Origin: Eledone cirrhosa
Lineage: Eukaryota
NCBI GenBank assembly: GCA_964016885.1
Contig: OZ024758.1
Coordinates: 12,276,001-12,340,000 of the forward strand
Direction: 5' to 3'
Length of the DNA: 64,000 nt
The translations under genes and the position numbers were made by a program. The notes under the pieces were generated by a model. It was given only the letters and a program-made list of their open reading frames with translations, made no database searches and was not told the DNA's origin. Every line of letters starts with the position of its first letter. Within the stretch, counting starts at the first letter, position 1. This document shows, in pieces, positions 14,201 through 28,264 of the stretch.

Positions 14201-14425
14201 ATCTCTGTCTCTCATAGCGTTTGGCAGTTCTTCCGCAGTGCATCCAGTATCGTCCTCAAGCTGCTTGACGTATGTCTTCTTGGGACGACCAGTTCTTGGG
14301 ACGACCAGCGTTTCTTGCTCCATGAGATGGTCTCCATAACAACACATCACCTGCTATTTCTTCCTTACTGCGCCAACAGTGACCAGCAAATCTGAGTCTC
14401 TGTCCACGTATTGACTGGGTAATTG
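14200..14425 (-). mobile_element. RTE-clade LINE ORF2 C-terminal fragment
   Basis: RLRFAGHCWRSKEE...LLWRPSHGARNAGRP / GRPKKTYVKQLEDDTGCTAEELPNAMRDR across a frameshift. Confidence 0.75.
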
Positions 14426-14517
14426 TGCCAAAAGTAGAAACAATTATTATACTTATCTGCATTATGGCGGCTATATCTTCAAATTTATATTTTCCTCATA
14501 CCTCGTAAATCAACTAG

Positions 14518-14574
<57 letters not shown>

Positions 14575-14687
14575 GCAATAATAATTACGAAGACCAAAAT
14601 CCGAAGAGGGTAAAAGCAGAAATGCTTTGCTTAAACTTTAATCTGTACTAATAATACCTATATATACGTATACATATATACATTATA

Positions 14688-14721
<34 letters not shown>

Positions 14722-15535
14722 TGAACAGTATATATATATATATATATATTTATATTTACATATGCGTGATGTTTTAAAAACAAAATAGCTAGACCCCGTT
14801 AACCTGTTAACCAATATAATATTAAGCCGTTCAAATTCACAGCAGTATATTTGTTAGTATAGAAAGAAGATATGATATTTCTCTAACGATATCTATAAGA
14901 AAATATCAAGTAAGATTTCGGCCATGCGTATAGTCATCTTCAGATTAACGTTAGTGAGCTTGTGAACAATTATTTCAATTTTAAAATGATACTTCTGATA
15001 AGGACTTATTGAAAATTACTTTTACAGCTTTCACAACAAAAGTTGTAAACAAGAGTGGCTTTTGTATATAGAAAGCTATTATGTATTGTTTCGTGTGAGT
15101 AATGACAGGCCGTTTCATTGTATATTTGTTATAAATCTGTGAGGGGCAATTCATTGTAATGAAGTTTAAAATAGTTTACTGTTGGTGTTTCTGTTTGTTA
15201 TATATGAGGGTTGGCTTAATATTTCATAGGCTGACCAAGATACTCTCATGGAATGACCAAATGAGGTTTATTTTTCAACATAGTGGATATATATGTGATG
15301 AAAGTTGTGGGGGGGGGGGGGGACCAATACTTTGCTTTCAAAGAATACCTAAAATCTAAGAGAGAGATTAATTTTTTTTTTAAATAAATAAAACAATTAA
15401 GCAAAGCATTTGGTCAACCAAGGAGGGGGAAAATGAGGTGCAACAGAAATGAAACATGGATTACAGGTTAAAATATAGTCTAGATAGATGTGAAACAAAA
15501 CGAGGATGTAGTTTATAGAACACCCAAGTGATTTA

Positions 15536-15990
15536 GAAGTCGACCTTAAGTAGGAGCAATAACATTAAGAAAGACATGAACGACACCACAACACTTTGTT
15601 TTGAAAATTTTGAAAGTAGGTTTATAATTATGAATTTTCATAAGATTTTCGTAGTTGTCTCTGTGGCCTAGCGGTAGGTACTAGAGACGGTGGAGATCCT
15701 AGCCTTGTGTTCAATCCTGGTCAACATGGACATGTAACCTTTTTCAGTTTTTATTTTACAACTAATAGAAAAAAACTGAAAAGGTTTGCTGGGAAACCTA
15801 CTCCCGACCAGGATCGAACTTCAGACCAAGTTCACCACTGTCTATGATTCCTCCAACTAGGCCACCGAGACATCTACAAAGGCATAATGAAAATTGATAA
15901 TTATAAACCTACTTTCAAAATCAAAGTTCAAAATATGTGGTGTCGTTCATGGCTTTCCTAGAGCTATTAGTAATATTTAGGTTCGACTTC
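15536..15990. mobile_element. diverged fold-back (MITE-like) element with a tRNA-like head in each arm
   Basis: gaagtcgacc...catgaacgacaccaca...ttttgaaagtaggtttataattat is mirrored at 15895-15990; gtggcctagcggtagg...gtgttcaatcctggtc is mirrored by gaccaggatcgaac...ctaggccac. Confidence 0.7.
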
Positions 15991-15994
15991 ATAT

Positions 15995-16182
15995 CCGCTC
16001 TCTTGCTCTGGAACCCTGACTCCAGCCTGACTAGGATTAGGAAGCTGTCATTCCCTGACGTTATCTCTAGGGATACGGGAATCAGCAGACAGGACCTGGG
16101 GGCAGCGATGGGGGGACAGGGGATTCTGGGGCATGAGAGTGAGATCCATCATCTCGACAGTAGTCGACGAGTGGTGGTGGTC
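15995..16182 (+). mobile_element. RTE-clade LINE 3' end fragment
   Basis: LLLWNPDS...KLSFPDVISRDTGISRQDLGAAM, short GGT-repeat tail. Confidence 0.6.
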
Positions 16183-16439
16183 TTCATTATTGAAAGTCTC
16201 TGAATTTCGCAAAATACATAATATTTTTTATTGGAGAAGGTAAAATATTTTTCTGCAAAAATTTGATTGCACTGTTTCGTTTCCACTTATGTATTTTTCG
16301 AAAATGTTATTTATTCATTATAAAAATTAAATAATTAAATGATAGCATTCTATATGTAGGTGGGCCCCCTTCATCTGGCAACCAATTTTTTAGACCCAGC
16401 CGCCACTGTATATACGTGCTTATATACATATAGTGTTTT

Positions 16440-16484
<45 letters not shown>

Positions 16485-16595
16485 CTCTACATACAAGCAC
16501 ATATATGCATACACGCAGACACACATTATATATATATATATAGGTAGGTATTAATTCTATAAACGGTGTCTATAAATCTGAATATTCACACACAT

Positions 16596-17310
<715 letters not shown>

Positions 17311-17506
17311 AAAGGAAAGATGGGGAGAAAATGAGTAGAAACGAAAGACAAGGAAATATGAGAGATAAGTCGGGTACGAAAAGATTGTGTGAGATAATAC
17401 GTGTGTGATATTTCGTGACTCGAGCTTCCAGAAGTGGGTATATGTGTGTGTGTGTATATTATATATGTGTGTGTAATTTATATACCTACATATACACACA
17501 CAAACT

Positions 17507-17727
17507 ATGACTCCAGTTCCTCAGTGAATTAACAACCAAACAAGGAACTGGGCATATCAGAGTATTGACAATATTATGCACCTAAACAACATATGTACTT
17601 GTCTATACCATACTAATTCAAACTGCCTGATGAGACCACAGCCAAAGATGGCTGTCACTGAAATATATATAGCAGTAATAAACGAAGCTAAATTTTAATC
17701 ATTTGACTTTTATTTAACTTTATTTTA
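17507..17727 (+). mobile_element. HHR-bearing element family F
   Basis: highly similar to 48258-48478. Confidence 0.8.
17622..17676 (+). ncRNA. minimal type I hammerhead ribozyme (family F)
   Basis: actgc-CTGATGA-gaccacagcc-aaagat-ggctgtcact-GAAA-tatata-TA-gcagt. Confidence 0.8.
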
Positions 17728-18162
17728 TACACACACAAATATATACATATTTATATATATTTTTTATATATACATACACACCATACATACCTAAGCGTAT
17801 GTATATATATATATATATATATATTTATGTTCATCGATTTCAGAGACTTGACTCCTTCTTCCTCACTTTTCGTTACTTTACCATCTTTGATTGTTTACTG
17901 TCTCGCTCGTTCCCCTTATTTACGTGTCCCAACGACTTTCTTTAGCCGTTGCTCGCACCAACCGGAGGTATATAGTCTTTAAAGCGATGAAATACAAATG
18001 AAGGTTGGAAGATCAAAGATGAAGGACTAAATTTATTCATATATATATATAAATATGTAAATATATATATATATATAAATATGTATGTATGTATATATGT
18101 ATATATGAATTTTTTACTATAAGGAACTGTTTCTTTGTTTTTATTCATTGATTTTTAATAAA

Positions 18163-18164
<2 letters not shown>

Positions 18165-18203
<39 letters not shown>

Positions 18204-19235
18204 ATATATATATATATATTTATATATGTGTATATATATATATATATATTTATATATGTGTATGTATATATGTATGTATATAAATATATATATATATAAA
18301 TATATATATATAAATATATATATATAGTAATAATAATAAATTTGAAGACTAAAATATATATATATTTATATATATATATTTATATATATATATAAATATA
18401 TATATATAAAAATATAGTTGTTATATAGTAAGGTGCATTATTGGTTGTGTAAAATTGTCCAATAACTTTATGTTAGCAATATTAAGTTCTCCACGCTTTT
18501 GTATATCACCAATTACATTCAAGGGAACAGCTAGATGTTGTAAAACGGAGTATAAGTATCAAAATGAAAATCCGAAGGCAAGGTAAAATTCCAATCAGTT
18601 AATCACGACATATGTTTCAATAAGGGATAGATCGATTGTGAAGCCATGATCGATTATATATAAATATATATATATAAATATATATACATAAAAAAATATA
18701 TATATAAATATATATTTTAGTCTTCAAATATATATAAATATATATTTTAGTTTTATATATATATATAAATATATACATATAAAAATATATATATATAAAT
18801 ATATATATATAAATATATATCTATAAAAATATATATATATAAAAATATATATCTATAAAAATATATATCTATAAAAATATATATCTATAAAAATATATAT
18901 CTATAAAAATATATATCTATAAAAATATATATATATAAAAATATATATATATAAAAATATATATATATAAAAATATATATCTATAAAAATATATATCTAT
19001 AAAAATATATATCTATAAAAATATATATATATAAAAATATATATATATAAAAATATATATATATAAATATATATATATATAAATATATATATATATAAAT
19101 AAATATATATATAAATAAATATATATATATATAAAAATATATATATATAAATATATATATATATAAATATATATATATATAAATAAATATATATATATAT
19201 AAAAATATATATATATAAATATATATATATTTATT
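18165..19235. repeat. (TA)n / TAAAAATATATATC-type satellite with an embedded unique island (18420-18655)
   Basis: direct reading. Confidence 0.9.
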
Positions 19236-19904
19236 AAAATACTGATAGTAGTGAAAGCACCCCAGTTGTTCTCACAACAACCTTTCAGGAGAGGGAAACT
19301 CTGTAAAGAAAACCTGTGGCTTCATAAATATCCTCTGATGTTGACCAGCTCCGTTTCAGGTAGTGTTTTCTATGTTCAGAGAGTGGTATTGGTCGAGTGC
19401 AAGGCCTTTCTCCACTTAAAAAACTTCAAAGCACAGGCATTGCTTGTTCAGGATCTGTTACAGGTTCGTGTGGTTGGCCGTAGCCTAAAAATGCACCAAA
19501 CTCTATAATCTGACAAGTGATTGCAATACTCTTAGCAGAGTTTGCAGCCATCATATTTATATATGTTTGTATGTATATACGTACGAATGTGTGTTTGTAT
19601 GTATATATATATATACATTTGTATATACATCTTTGTAATAGAGAAGAGATAGAGAAAGATATGAAGAGCAGCTAGAGAGATATAAATACAGTAAATAAGA
19701 ACTGGAAGCAGTCTAAGCAAAGATGGTGAACTGAAATGACTTTGAGAAGTTACTATAAACATTTACCTCCCAAGATGACAAGAATTCGAGCAAAAATGAA
19801 CGGCCACCTTTATATTATTATGGAGATAAATCTTTTGTTTACAAATTCACGAAAAGTCATATATACACAGGCATCATATATACACACACAATATATACAC
19901 ACAC

Positions 19905-19942
<38 letters not shown>

Positions 19943-19991
19943 GTGTGTATACAAAACATTCAAATTGGTATATATACTTATGCATGCATGT

Positions 19992-20039
<48 letters not shown>

Positions 20040-20079
20040 TATATATATACGTGTGTATACAAAACATACAACTGCATGC

Positions 20080-20126
<47 letters not shown>

Positions 20127-20639
20127 ATATTTATATATATACAATGCTTCAAGTAAACTACAAATTCCTCATGTATGTATATATATATTATATATAGATG
20201 TATGTATACAAAACATACTCACACTCGTGTATTTATATATGTGTTTGTGTGTGTGTGTGTGTACATGCGTGTGTGTGTATACATGTGTGTGTACCAAACA
20301 TATATAATCAATTTACGAATAATATTTTAAATACAAACAATAGAAAGAATATACGTTTGTTAATAACAATTTTAGATTAGATTGAAAACAAAAAAGAACA
20401 ACATAAGATGTTATAAATTTCGAACTCCACATATCTCTGGCATGCTTGTAGATCGAGTCACAGATTACACTAAACTCGGTTGGTGTTCTCTGCTCAAAGT
20501 TTGTGTAAATGTTTAGATGTTTTAACTGAACTTTGGCTCTTTAAATCTTACTCGCCTGCTTCACAGGTAATTCGTCAACCAGTTTGTTTGGCGGAGAAAA
20601 TTAAAATATATAGGAATAAATATACAAGTATAAATAAAT

Positions 20640-21300
20640 GTAATGGTTTCTAATTTAGGTACAAGACCAACGAAAGTCGATTAAATTGACCCCAGAATGT
20701 TACTGGTACTTATTTTTATCAAACCCTACCATTAAGGATGAAAGGCAAAAGCTAACCTCGGCAGGATTTGAATTAGAATTCTATGCAGCAAAGCCTTTTG
20801 TCCGACACTCTACCGATACTACCAATCCACTGCCCCTTATCAACCCAGTACTTGACTGTACTTTTTTATCGACCTTAAATGGATGAAAGGTAAAGTTGGC
20901 CTCCGCAGGATTTGAACTCAGAGAGCAGACATTCTGAACGAATACTGTAAAACATTTTATCCGATGTTCTAATGACTGACAATTCGCCGCCTTAAGAAAG
21001 TCTACACAGTATTATTTTTTTAAAATCCATATTCCATATTTCTTAATTGATGTTATTTAACTAAGAAACTAATATTTAACTTCGTAGTATTTTGATTTCT
21101 TTGTTTCCAGTGATCAAGGTCAAAAGTTTGAAGGGGGAGGAAGTCGTTGATTTAATCTTCCCGAGTACACATACACACAAACATACTTCGTCTATGAATG
21201 CCATCACGTTTGTATTTAAATGAATGACATTTTGTTATCGTCAACAGAGGTATGAAAAGGCAAAGTCCACCTAGCGGGGTTTGAACCTAGCACACAGGAA
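20640..21300 (-). mobile_element. three diverged Meta-type SINEs
   Basis: ggatgaaaggcaaaag...ggatttgaa motifs at about 20735, 20880, 21250. Confidence 0.65.
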
Positions 21301-21829
21301 GGCTTGAACCTAACACAGAGAAGGGTGTAATTAGATACAGGTAAGTCTGAACCTAGCACACAGAAGGATGTAACTAGACACAGCTGAAAAAATTCTAAAT
21401 GCGATTACTAAGGACGTGTCAAAAAAATAAATATATAAATTGTTTATGTTTATACATTTAGACTTTTGTTAAATGTTTGAGAAATCCTTAAATAGACTTG
21501 TGGATTCAAATACACCTGCTATTTGTTTTCTTATTAAATAAAAGACATAATTCCTAACGATATTAGTGGACAAGAGAATATAAAGCTATTTTTACGCTTG
21601 GTTGCATTACGACAATTGCTAACAACAAGAATGTTTTGTGTTTATTAGAGAAGTTTTATAAATAAATAAATAAAAATCACAGGTGAGAAAAAAACACGGG
21701 AGGGGAATAATTCGACAGATTGAATGAATGGTTGAGGAAATGTCAAGTTCAAAATAATTAATTGAGAGTAAACCCAAGTTCAAGACTTAGAGTGTGTTTG
21801 TGGTATCACTAAGAATGTTTTAGTGAGTA

Positions 21830-22125
21830 CGTTGTGGTGGTGGAGAGTGTGGTGGTTGTGTCTGTGGTGGTGTCGTTGTGGTGGTGGTGACTGTGGTGGT
21901 GGAGAGTGTGGTGGTGGAGAGTGTGGTGGTGGTGGTGGTGGTGACTGAGGTGGTGGAGAGTGTGGTTGTGGAGAGTGTGTTGGTGGAGATTGGGGTTGTG
22001 TCTGTCGTGGTGAAGACCGTGTTGTTGGTGGCTGTGGTGGTGTCGCCGTGGTAGTGGAGATTGTGGTGTCGTAGTGGAGGTGGTGGCTGTGGTGGTGTCG
22101 CCATGATGGTGGAGGCTGTAGTGGA
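21830..22125. repeat. (GGT/GTG)n low complexity
   Basis: direct reading. Confidence 0.85.
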
Positions 22126-22974
22126 GCACGTGGATGGACAAATAAAAGCACAAATTCAAAATGTTTGTTTTTGTTTTGTTGATTTCACAGGGTATGTTCT
22201 CATATTAAAATGTTTTTCTCGCTTAATCAGAGGAAAGGGCATCACTCTTAGCCCCTTTTTCTTTACAAGGCTCCGAGACTGATGGAAAGGATGAAGATGT
22301 TCTCAAAGGGACCTGTCCCGAATGCTGACGACATAATGAAGTCCCCTAAAGGCACACAAGAACCAGGTGGTGGTATTAAACGGTGCAATAAGGGATTAAA
22401 TCTACCAACACATTCCCCGCAGGACCTTGTGCCAAAAGTAGAAACAATTATTTTTGAGAATGTTTCTTAGTAACAAGTTAATATCCTGAACAAAAGTTGA
22501 ATTTCCAGAGTCGTTTGAACGTCAGATAGAATGTTTGGTGGTATTCGTTCCGGCTCGTTGCTCTCTGAGTTCAAATCCCAATAAGGTCAAACGATGGAGT
22601 GTACCAGTACAAGATATGACATTGCTGATCCATCAGTCGGAAGGCCGTTATACACTCAACTACACAAGTAGATATATATATGCACGCACTCAAAAAAATA
22701 AAACGTATTTATTTCTCATATTTCATGACTGAGATGTTTTGTGGAGGTTTACTAACGTATTGCATTTCTCGGCATGATGCAGCTTTTATTTGATGATTCC
22801 AGTGTGTAAAAGCCCAAAATAGAATATCTGTTCAAAGATCCCTGTCACGGATGAATGATGTGGGAAACTCATCCTCCGTATTTACATAACAAAACATAGA
22901 TGTTATCTCCATTTAAATTTTACATGTCAACACGATACAAACAAATGTTAAGATAAAAGAAAATTCAGTTTAAT

Positions 22975-23920
22975 ATTACTAGAGCTTCAGAGCATTAATC
23001 GGTAGAGCATCGAACAACATGCTTTGTGGCATAGAGCTTCGGCTCTTTACATACTGAGTTCAAATCCCACCAAAGTTAGCTTTGCCTTTCATCTTTACGG
23101 TGTCAATAAAAAAATAAAGTATCTCTAACGTACTGGGAACGATTTAAGTGACTTTCAGCCCCAAAATTGTTGGCTATGTGCTTGAATGAGAAACCAATAT
23201 TACAGGAACGCCAGTCGGTAGAGCATCGAATAACATCGTTTGCAGCATAGAGTTACGGCCCTTTGCGTACTGAGTTCAAATCCCGCCAAGGTTAACTTTC
23301 CCTTTCATCTTTACGGTGTCAATAAAAATAAATTACCAGTAATGCACTGGGATCGATTTAAATGACTTTCCCATCCCCAAAATTGTTGACCTTGTGCTCA
23401 ATCAGAGACCATTATTACTAGAGCGTTTACTGGGGCGGTGAATTGGCAGTATCGGTAGAGGGTCACACGCCATGCTTTCTAGCATAGTTACGTCCCTTTA
23501 CAGTCTGAGTTCAAATCCCGCCGGGGTTAACTTTGCCTTTCATCCTTACGGGGTCGATAAAATAAAGTACCAGTAATGTACTGGGATAATTGCTGGCCTT
23601 GTGCCTAAAGTAGAAACAATTATTACTAGAGCGTTTACTGGGGTGGTGAATTGGCAGTATCGGTAGAGGGTCACACGCCATGCTTTCTAGTATAGTTACG
23701 TCCCTTTACAGTCTGAGTTCAAATCCCGCCGAGGTTAACTTTGCCTTTCATCCTTACGGGGTCGATAAAATAAAGTACCAGTAATGTACTGGGTAATTGC
23801 TGGCCTTGTGCCAAAAGTAAAAATAATTATTACTAGACCGTCAAAAATAATCCGTGTGTAATTTGTTTCGATTCTTTACATTTTAAGTTTGAATCCCGCT
23901 GATTTTAACTTTGTTTAATC
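22975..23920 (+). mobile_element. tandem array of 4-5 Meta-type SINEs (about 210-bp spacing)
   Basis: gagttcaaatccc B-box at about 23056, 23272, 23507, 23715; the last two copies are near-identical, including the flank ttactagagcgtttactgggg. Confidence 0.85.
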
Positions 23921-24044
23921 AAAGCTTTTAGAAAATGATAAGCTATAAGAAGCAATCACAACTGGCGTGATATAAAGTCGTTGTTATTAAGAAGTAAATT
24001 GATGTAATTAAAGATATATGAAGTAATATAATAGATGCTTCAGC

Positions 24045-24270
24045 TGTAATAATGGTTTCTTATATAGGCACAAGGCCAGTAATATTTTTTGGGGGGAGTC
24101 GATTAAATCGACCCCAGTGCGTGACTGGTATTTTATTTTATCGACCCCCATAAGGATGAAAGGCAGAGTTAACCTCGGCGGGATTTGAACTCATATTATA
24201 AAGGGACGTAACTCTATGCTGGAAAGAATGGCGTCTGACCCTCTACCGATACTGCCAATCCACCGCCCTC
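24045..24270 (-). mobile_element. Meta-type SINE, full length, inverted
   Basis: reverse complement of the array unit; flanked by the direct repeat tgcttcagctgtaataat (24037 and 24271), a likely target-site duplication. Confidence 0.8.
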
Positions 24271-24349
24271 TGCTTCAGCTGTAATAATAATATGACTTCA
24301 CACATAGTATATTCTAGGGTGGGTGAAGGATTCGGTAGGTGAAGGATTC

Positions 24350-24935
24350 TGGGGGCAGGAATTGGCAGAAATGACAGCACATTGGGGAAAAAATGCTTTG
24401 GAGAAAATAAAATTACATCTCTTCGTTCTGAGTTCAAATTACGCCAAATTCAGCTTTTCAAATTTCTTCTTTGGGACGTGGAGAAATTCTTTGAAATAAA
24501 CTATCTCTCAACTCGATATAATCGACTATACTATCTCCATTCCAGCCCCATTTAATTTTAGGCCCTGTGCTTATGTTAGAAGGGGGTGAATTGGCAAAGT
24601 CGTGAAAACATAGGATAGGATATTTTGGGGTATTGGTTCCGACTCTCTGCTCCCTCAGTTCAAATCCTGCCGAGGTCAACTTTGCTTTTCATCCATTTAA
24701 AGTCGATAAAAAAAAGTACCAGTCTAGTACTGGCGACAATTCTTCCTCTATATCTCTTTCGGCAGTATCGTTAGAGGGTTGGACAACATGCTTTGCAGCA
24801 CAGAGTTACGTCCCTTTGTGGACTGAGTTCAAATCCCGCCGAGGTTAACTTTGCTTTTCATCCTTACGGGGGTCTATAAAATAAAGTACCAGTAATGTAC
24901 CGGGTATTTGCTGGCCTTGTGCAGAAACAATTATA
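24350..24935 (+). mobile_element. three Meta-type SINEs, the last nested in the tail of the second
   Basis: B-boxes at about 24431, 24658, 24826. Confidence 0.7.
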
Positions 24936-25606
24936 TTCCTCTCTGTCCTTCTCTGGGAGAAATCTGCTGTATTTAAACCTGGAGAGGAGATGGGCTCTGC
25001 TAGGTTTAACGATGCCCTAGAAATGCTGTATCCCAGTATGACGCCCCTAGACGAAATCAGTATTTATACACTAAATATTTCCCTCAGTAATTTCGCTATT
25101 ACTTAATAATTTCCCTTTCATATTCAAAATCCCTCCCCCACCCCACTATCTCTCTCTCCCTTCCCCCACTCTACCCCCCCCCCCAACTGTATCTCTTTCT
25201 CTCCCTTCCCCACTATCTCTCTCTCCCTCCCCACTATCTTTCTCGCTCTCTCACCCTCCCCCTATCTACCTATCTATCTATCTTTCTGTATTGGTTTATA
25301 TTTTAATACGTTATGAAGTAAATTAGATTTAAAAGAAATTATTTTGATTATTTTACTGATAGAAATTTAATATTGCGTAGATTGTTCCTATTACCGTTTA
25401 ATTTGACACACTAACTTTCAATTAATAAATGACGTTTAATGAACATTTAGTAATTAGTATCCATGTTTTTGATTGGTAAAGGGCTTATGCTTAGCAGAAT
25501 CTTCAGAGCGTTGCATAAAATGCCTTGCAGTAATGTCATGTTGTTTATGGGAGTTTAGAAATATGGGATGAGGAAAGGTTTATAACATTTACAGGTCATT
25601 CTAGAC

Positions 25607-26286
25607 TGGTGAGAACGAAGCAACGAAAGATAGGATGGTGAGGTTAACCCCGATTCCTGGTGAGAACGAAGCAATGAGGGACTGGATGGTGAGGTTAAGT
25701 TAACCCTGATTCCTGGAGAGAACGAAGCAACGAAAGATAGGATGGTGAGGTTAACCCCGATTCCTGGTGAGAACGAAGCAATGAGGGACTGGATGGTGAG
25801 GTTAAGTTAACCCTGATTCCTGGAGAGAACGAAGCAACGAAAGATAGGATGGTGAGGTTAACCCCGATTCCTGGTGAGAACGAAGCAATGAGGGACTGGA
25901 TGGTGAGGTTAAGTTAACCCTGATTCCTGGAGAGAACGAAGCAACGAAAGCTAGGATGGTGAGGTTAACCCCGATTCCTGGTGAGAACGAAGCAATGAGG
26001 GACTGGATGGTGAGGTTAAGTTAACCCTGATTCCTGGAGAGAACGAAGCAACGAAAGATAGGATGGTGAGGTTAACCCCGATTCCTGGTGAGAACGAAGC
26101 AATGAGGGACTGGATGGTGAGGTTAAGTTAACCCTGATTCCTGGAGAGAACGAAGCAACGAAAGCTAGGATGGTGAGGTTAACCCTGATTCCTGGTGAGA
26201 AAAAAGCAATGAGGGACTGGATGGTGAGGTTAAGTTAACCCTGATTCCTGGAGAGAACGAAGCAACGAAAGCTAGGATGGTGAGGT
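25607..26286. repeat. satellite, 107-bp higher-order dimer (56+51 bp), about 6 copies
   Basis: cctggtgagaac at 25656 and 25763; cctggagagaac at 25712. Confidence 0.9.
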
Positions 26287-26287
26287 T

Positions 26288-26590
26288 CTGCTGCACGTCG
26301 TGCTGAGGAGGCCAAACTCTCCAAGTACCGGTCGCTCTCCGACAGGTTTGCGGGCGTACCCCTGGCAGTGTGGAGACTTCTGGTGTCCTTGGCCCTAGGT
26401 CTACATCCCTATTCACCACCATAGGCGCTGAGCTGGCCAGTCGCAGGTGTGAGCCTCGCGAGTTGAAATGGCGCTTCCAGCACATCTCCCTTACCATCCT
26501 CCGAGGAAACGCCTTCTCCTACCTGTCCGCTGGGGCTGTGGGGAGGCCAGTACGTGGGACCCCGTTTGCTCACCATACGGATTAATAGGC
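26288..26590 (+). mobile_element. CRE-like non-LTR retrotransposon, restriction-like endonuclease C-terminus (frameshifted)
   Basis: AARRAEEAKLSKYRSLSDRFAGVPLAV / ETSGVLGPRSTSLFTTIGAELASRRCEPRELKWRFQHISLTILRGNA fits the AE..K..KY...P.AVET.G..G...S..I.RGNA pattern. Confidence 0.75.
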
Positions 26591-26730
26591 AAAGTTATAA
26601 ACTATTGTATGTATTCATTGTGGTCAGTAAATAATTATAAATTGTTTACACAAAATATATGGTTCCGTTTAAATACAAAATTTACTTCAGTTCAGTTAAT
26701 AAAAGAACAAAGAATAAGTTTTAAAAAAAA

Positions 26731-27330
26731 GGTTAACCCTGATTCCTGGTGAATGCGAAGCAATGAGGCCAGGATGGTGGGGTTAAGTTAACCTTGATTC
26801 CTGGTGAGAACGAAGCAATGAGGCCAGGATGGTGGGGTTAAGTTAACCTTGATTCCTGGTGAGAACGAAGCAATGAGGCCAGGATGGTGGGGTTAAGTTA
26901 ACCCTGATTCCTGGTGAGAACGAAGCAATGAGGCCAGGATGGTGGGGTTAAGTTAACCCTGATTCCTGGTGAGAACGAAGCAATGAGGCCAGGATGGTGG
27001 GGTTAAGTTAACCCTGATTCCTGGTGAGAACGAAGCAATGAGGCCAGGATGGTGGGGTTAAGTTAACCCTGATTCCTGGTGAGAACGAAGCAATGAGGCC
27101 AGGATGGTGGGGTTAAGTTAACCCTGATTCCTGGTGAGAACGAAGCAATGAGGCCAGGATGGTGGGGTTAAGTTAACCCTGATTCCTGGTGAGTGCGAAG
27201 AAATGAGGCCAGGATGGTGGGTTTAAGTTAACCCTGATTCCTGGTGAGAACGAAGCAATGAGGCCAGGATGGTGTGGTTAAGTTAACCCTGATTCCTGGT
27301 GAGAACGAAGCAATGGAGGACTGGATATGT
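26731..27330. repeat. satellite, 55-bp monomer, about 11 copies, related to the 107-bp array
   Basis: cctggtgagaacgaagcaatgaggccaggatggtggggttaagttaaccctgatt. Confidence 0.9.
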
Positions 27331-27925
27331 GAGAACAGGGAAAATGTAAAACTCCTATTTTCTACATTAACTTATCAGAAGGAACTGAGATTCAAAACCA
27401 AGCCGCTTGTCTCAGAATCTATGAAACGCACCAAATGTATTCTAGAATGTTTTAATTGTTGAATCAAATTTACATTGCTCAATGTAATCAAATAATTTTG
27501 ATTAAAAAATCCTAGGGTATTTTCCAATGCAGAGGCGTTCTGACATCATATTTTTTAGGCTGTAAAAGAAAACACCAACTAAATAAACAACAATTAGCAA
27601 AGAGGAGAAAGTGGGAGGGGGGGAGGTTAAAAGTGGGATATCTGTTCTAAACATGGATAAAAAGAAACTATTTTGGAAAATGATAATCTGTTAGAAATCA
27701 CTGCTGACGTGATACAAAATCGTTGATATTAGGAAATGAAATTATGTAATTGTAGATGCAGATATAATATAGTAGCTGCATCAGATCTGATAATACATCT
27801 TAACATTTAAATACTCTCACTTAGTCATTCCAATATTAATTACACAAAACATTTTCCCACAGATTCAATCTCTCTCTCTCATATATATATATAAGAAAGA
27901 GTTAGAGAGGCATGGAAATGTTGGG

Positions 27926-27976
<51 letters not shown>

Positions 27977-28264
27977 CACACTTCGCTCCGGTTAACTTGG
28001 GGGGGGGTTACTTTTCTTACAAGCTAATTATAGCAACTAAATATTCGAAAAATAAGTTGTAAGATGTTCACAACTCAATACCACTCCTAGTTTATACGTC
28101 ATGTCGTCATCACCCAACTTCCCTCTGTTTGGTGTTTGCCGTGTATAATTACACACTTAGGAATACACACTAAATATTACAATTCCTGCCTTGTCAGCCA
28201 AATTAAGATTAAGATAGTATGTGTAATAATTACAGATACATTTTACCTTCTGAGGTAAATTTAT

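Noticed and set aside
12515-14395. Long His/Thr/Tyr/Ile ORFs up to 392 aa
   Set aside because: Translations of a stop-poor minisatellite, open in several frames and both strands
20400-20600. Possible Penelope GIY-YIG remnant (RVRFKEP) and ctgtga...gaaatttata motif on the minus strand
   Set aside because: Too short and degenerate to support by eye
25607-27330. CRISPR-like regular repeats
   Set aside because: Units are contiguous with no unique spacers, no cas genes, eukaryotic context; the same applies to 43581-45250
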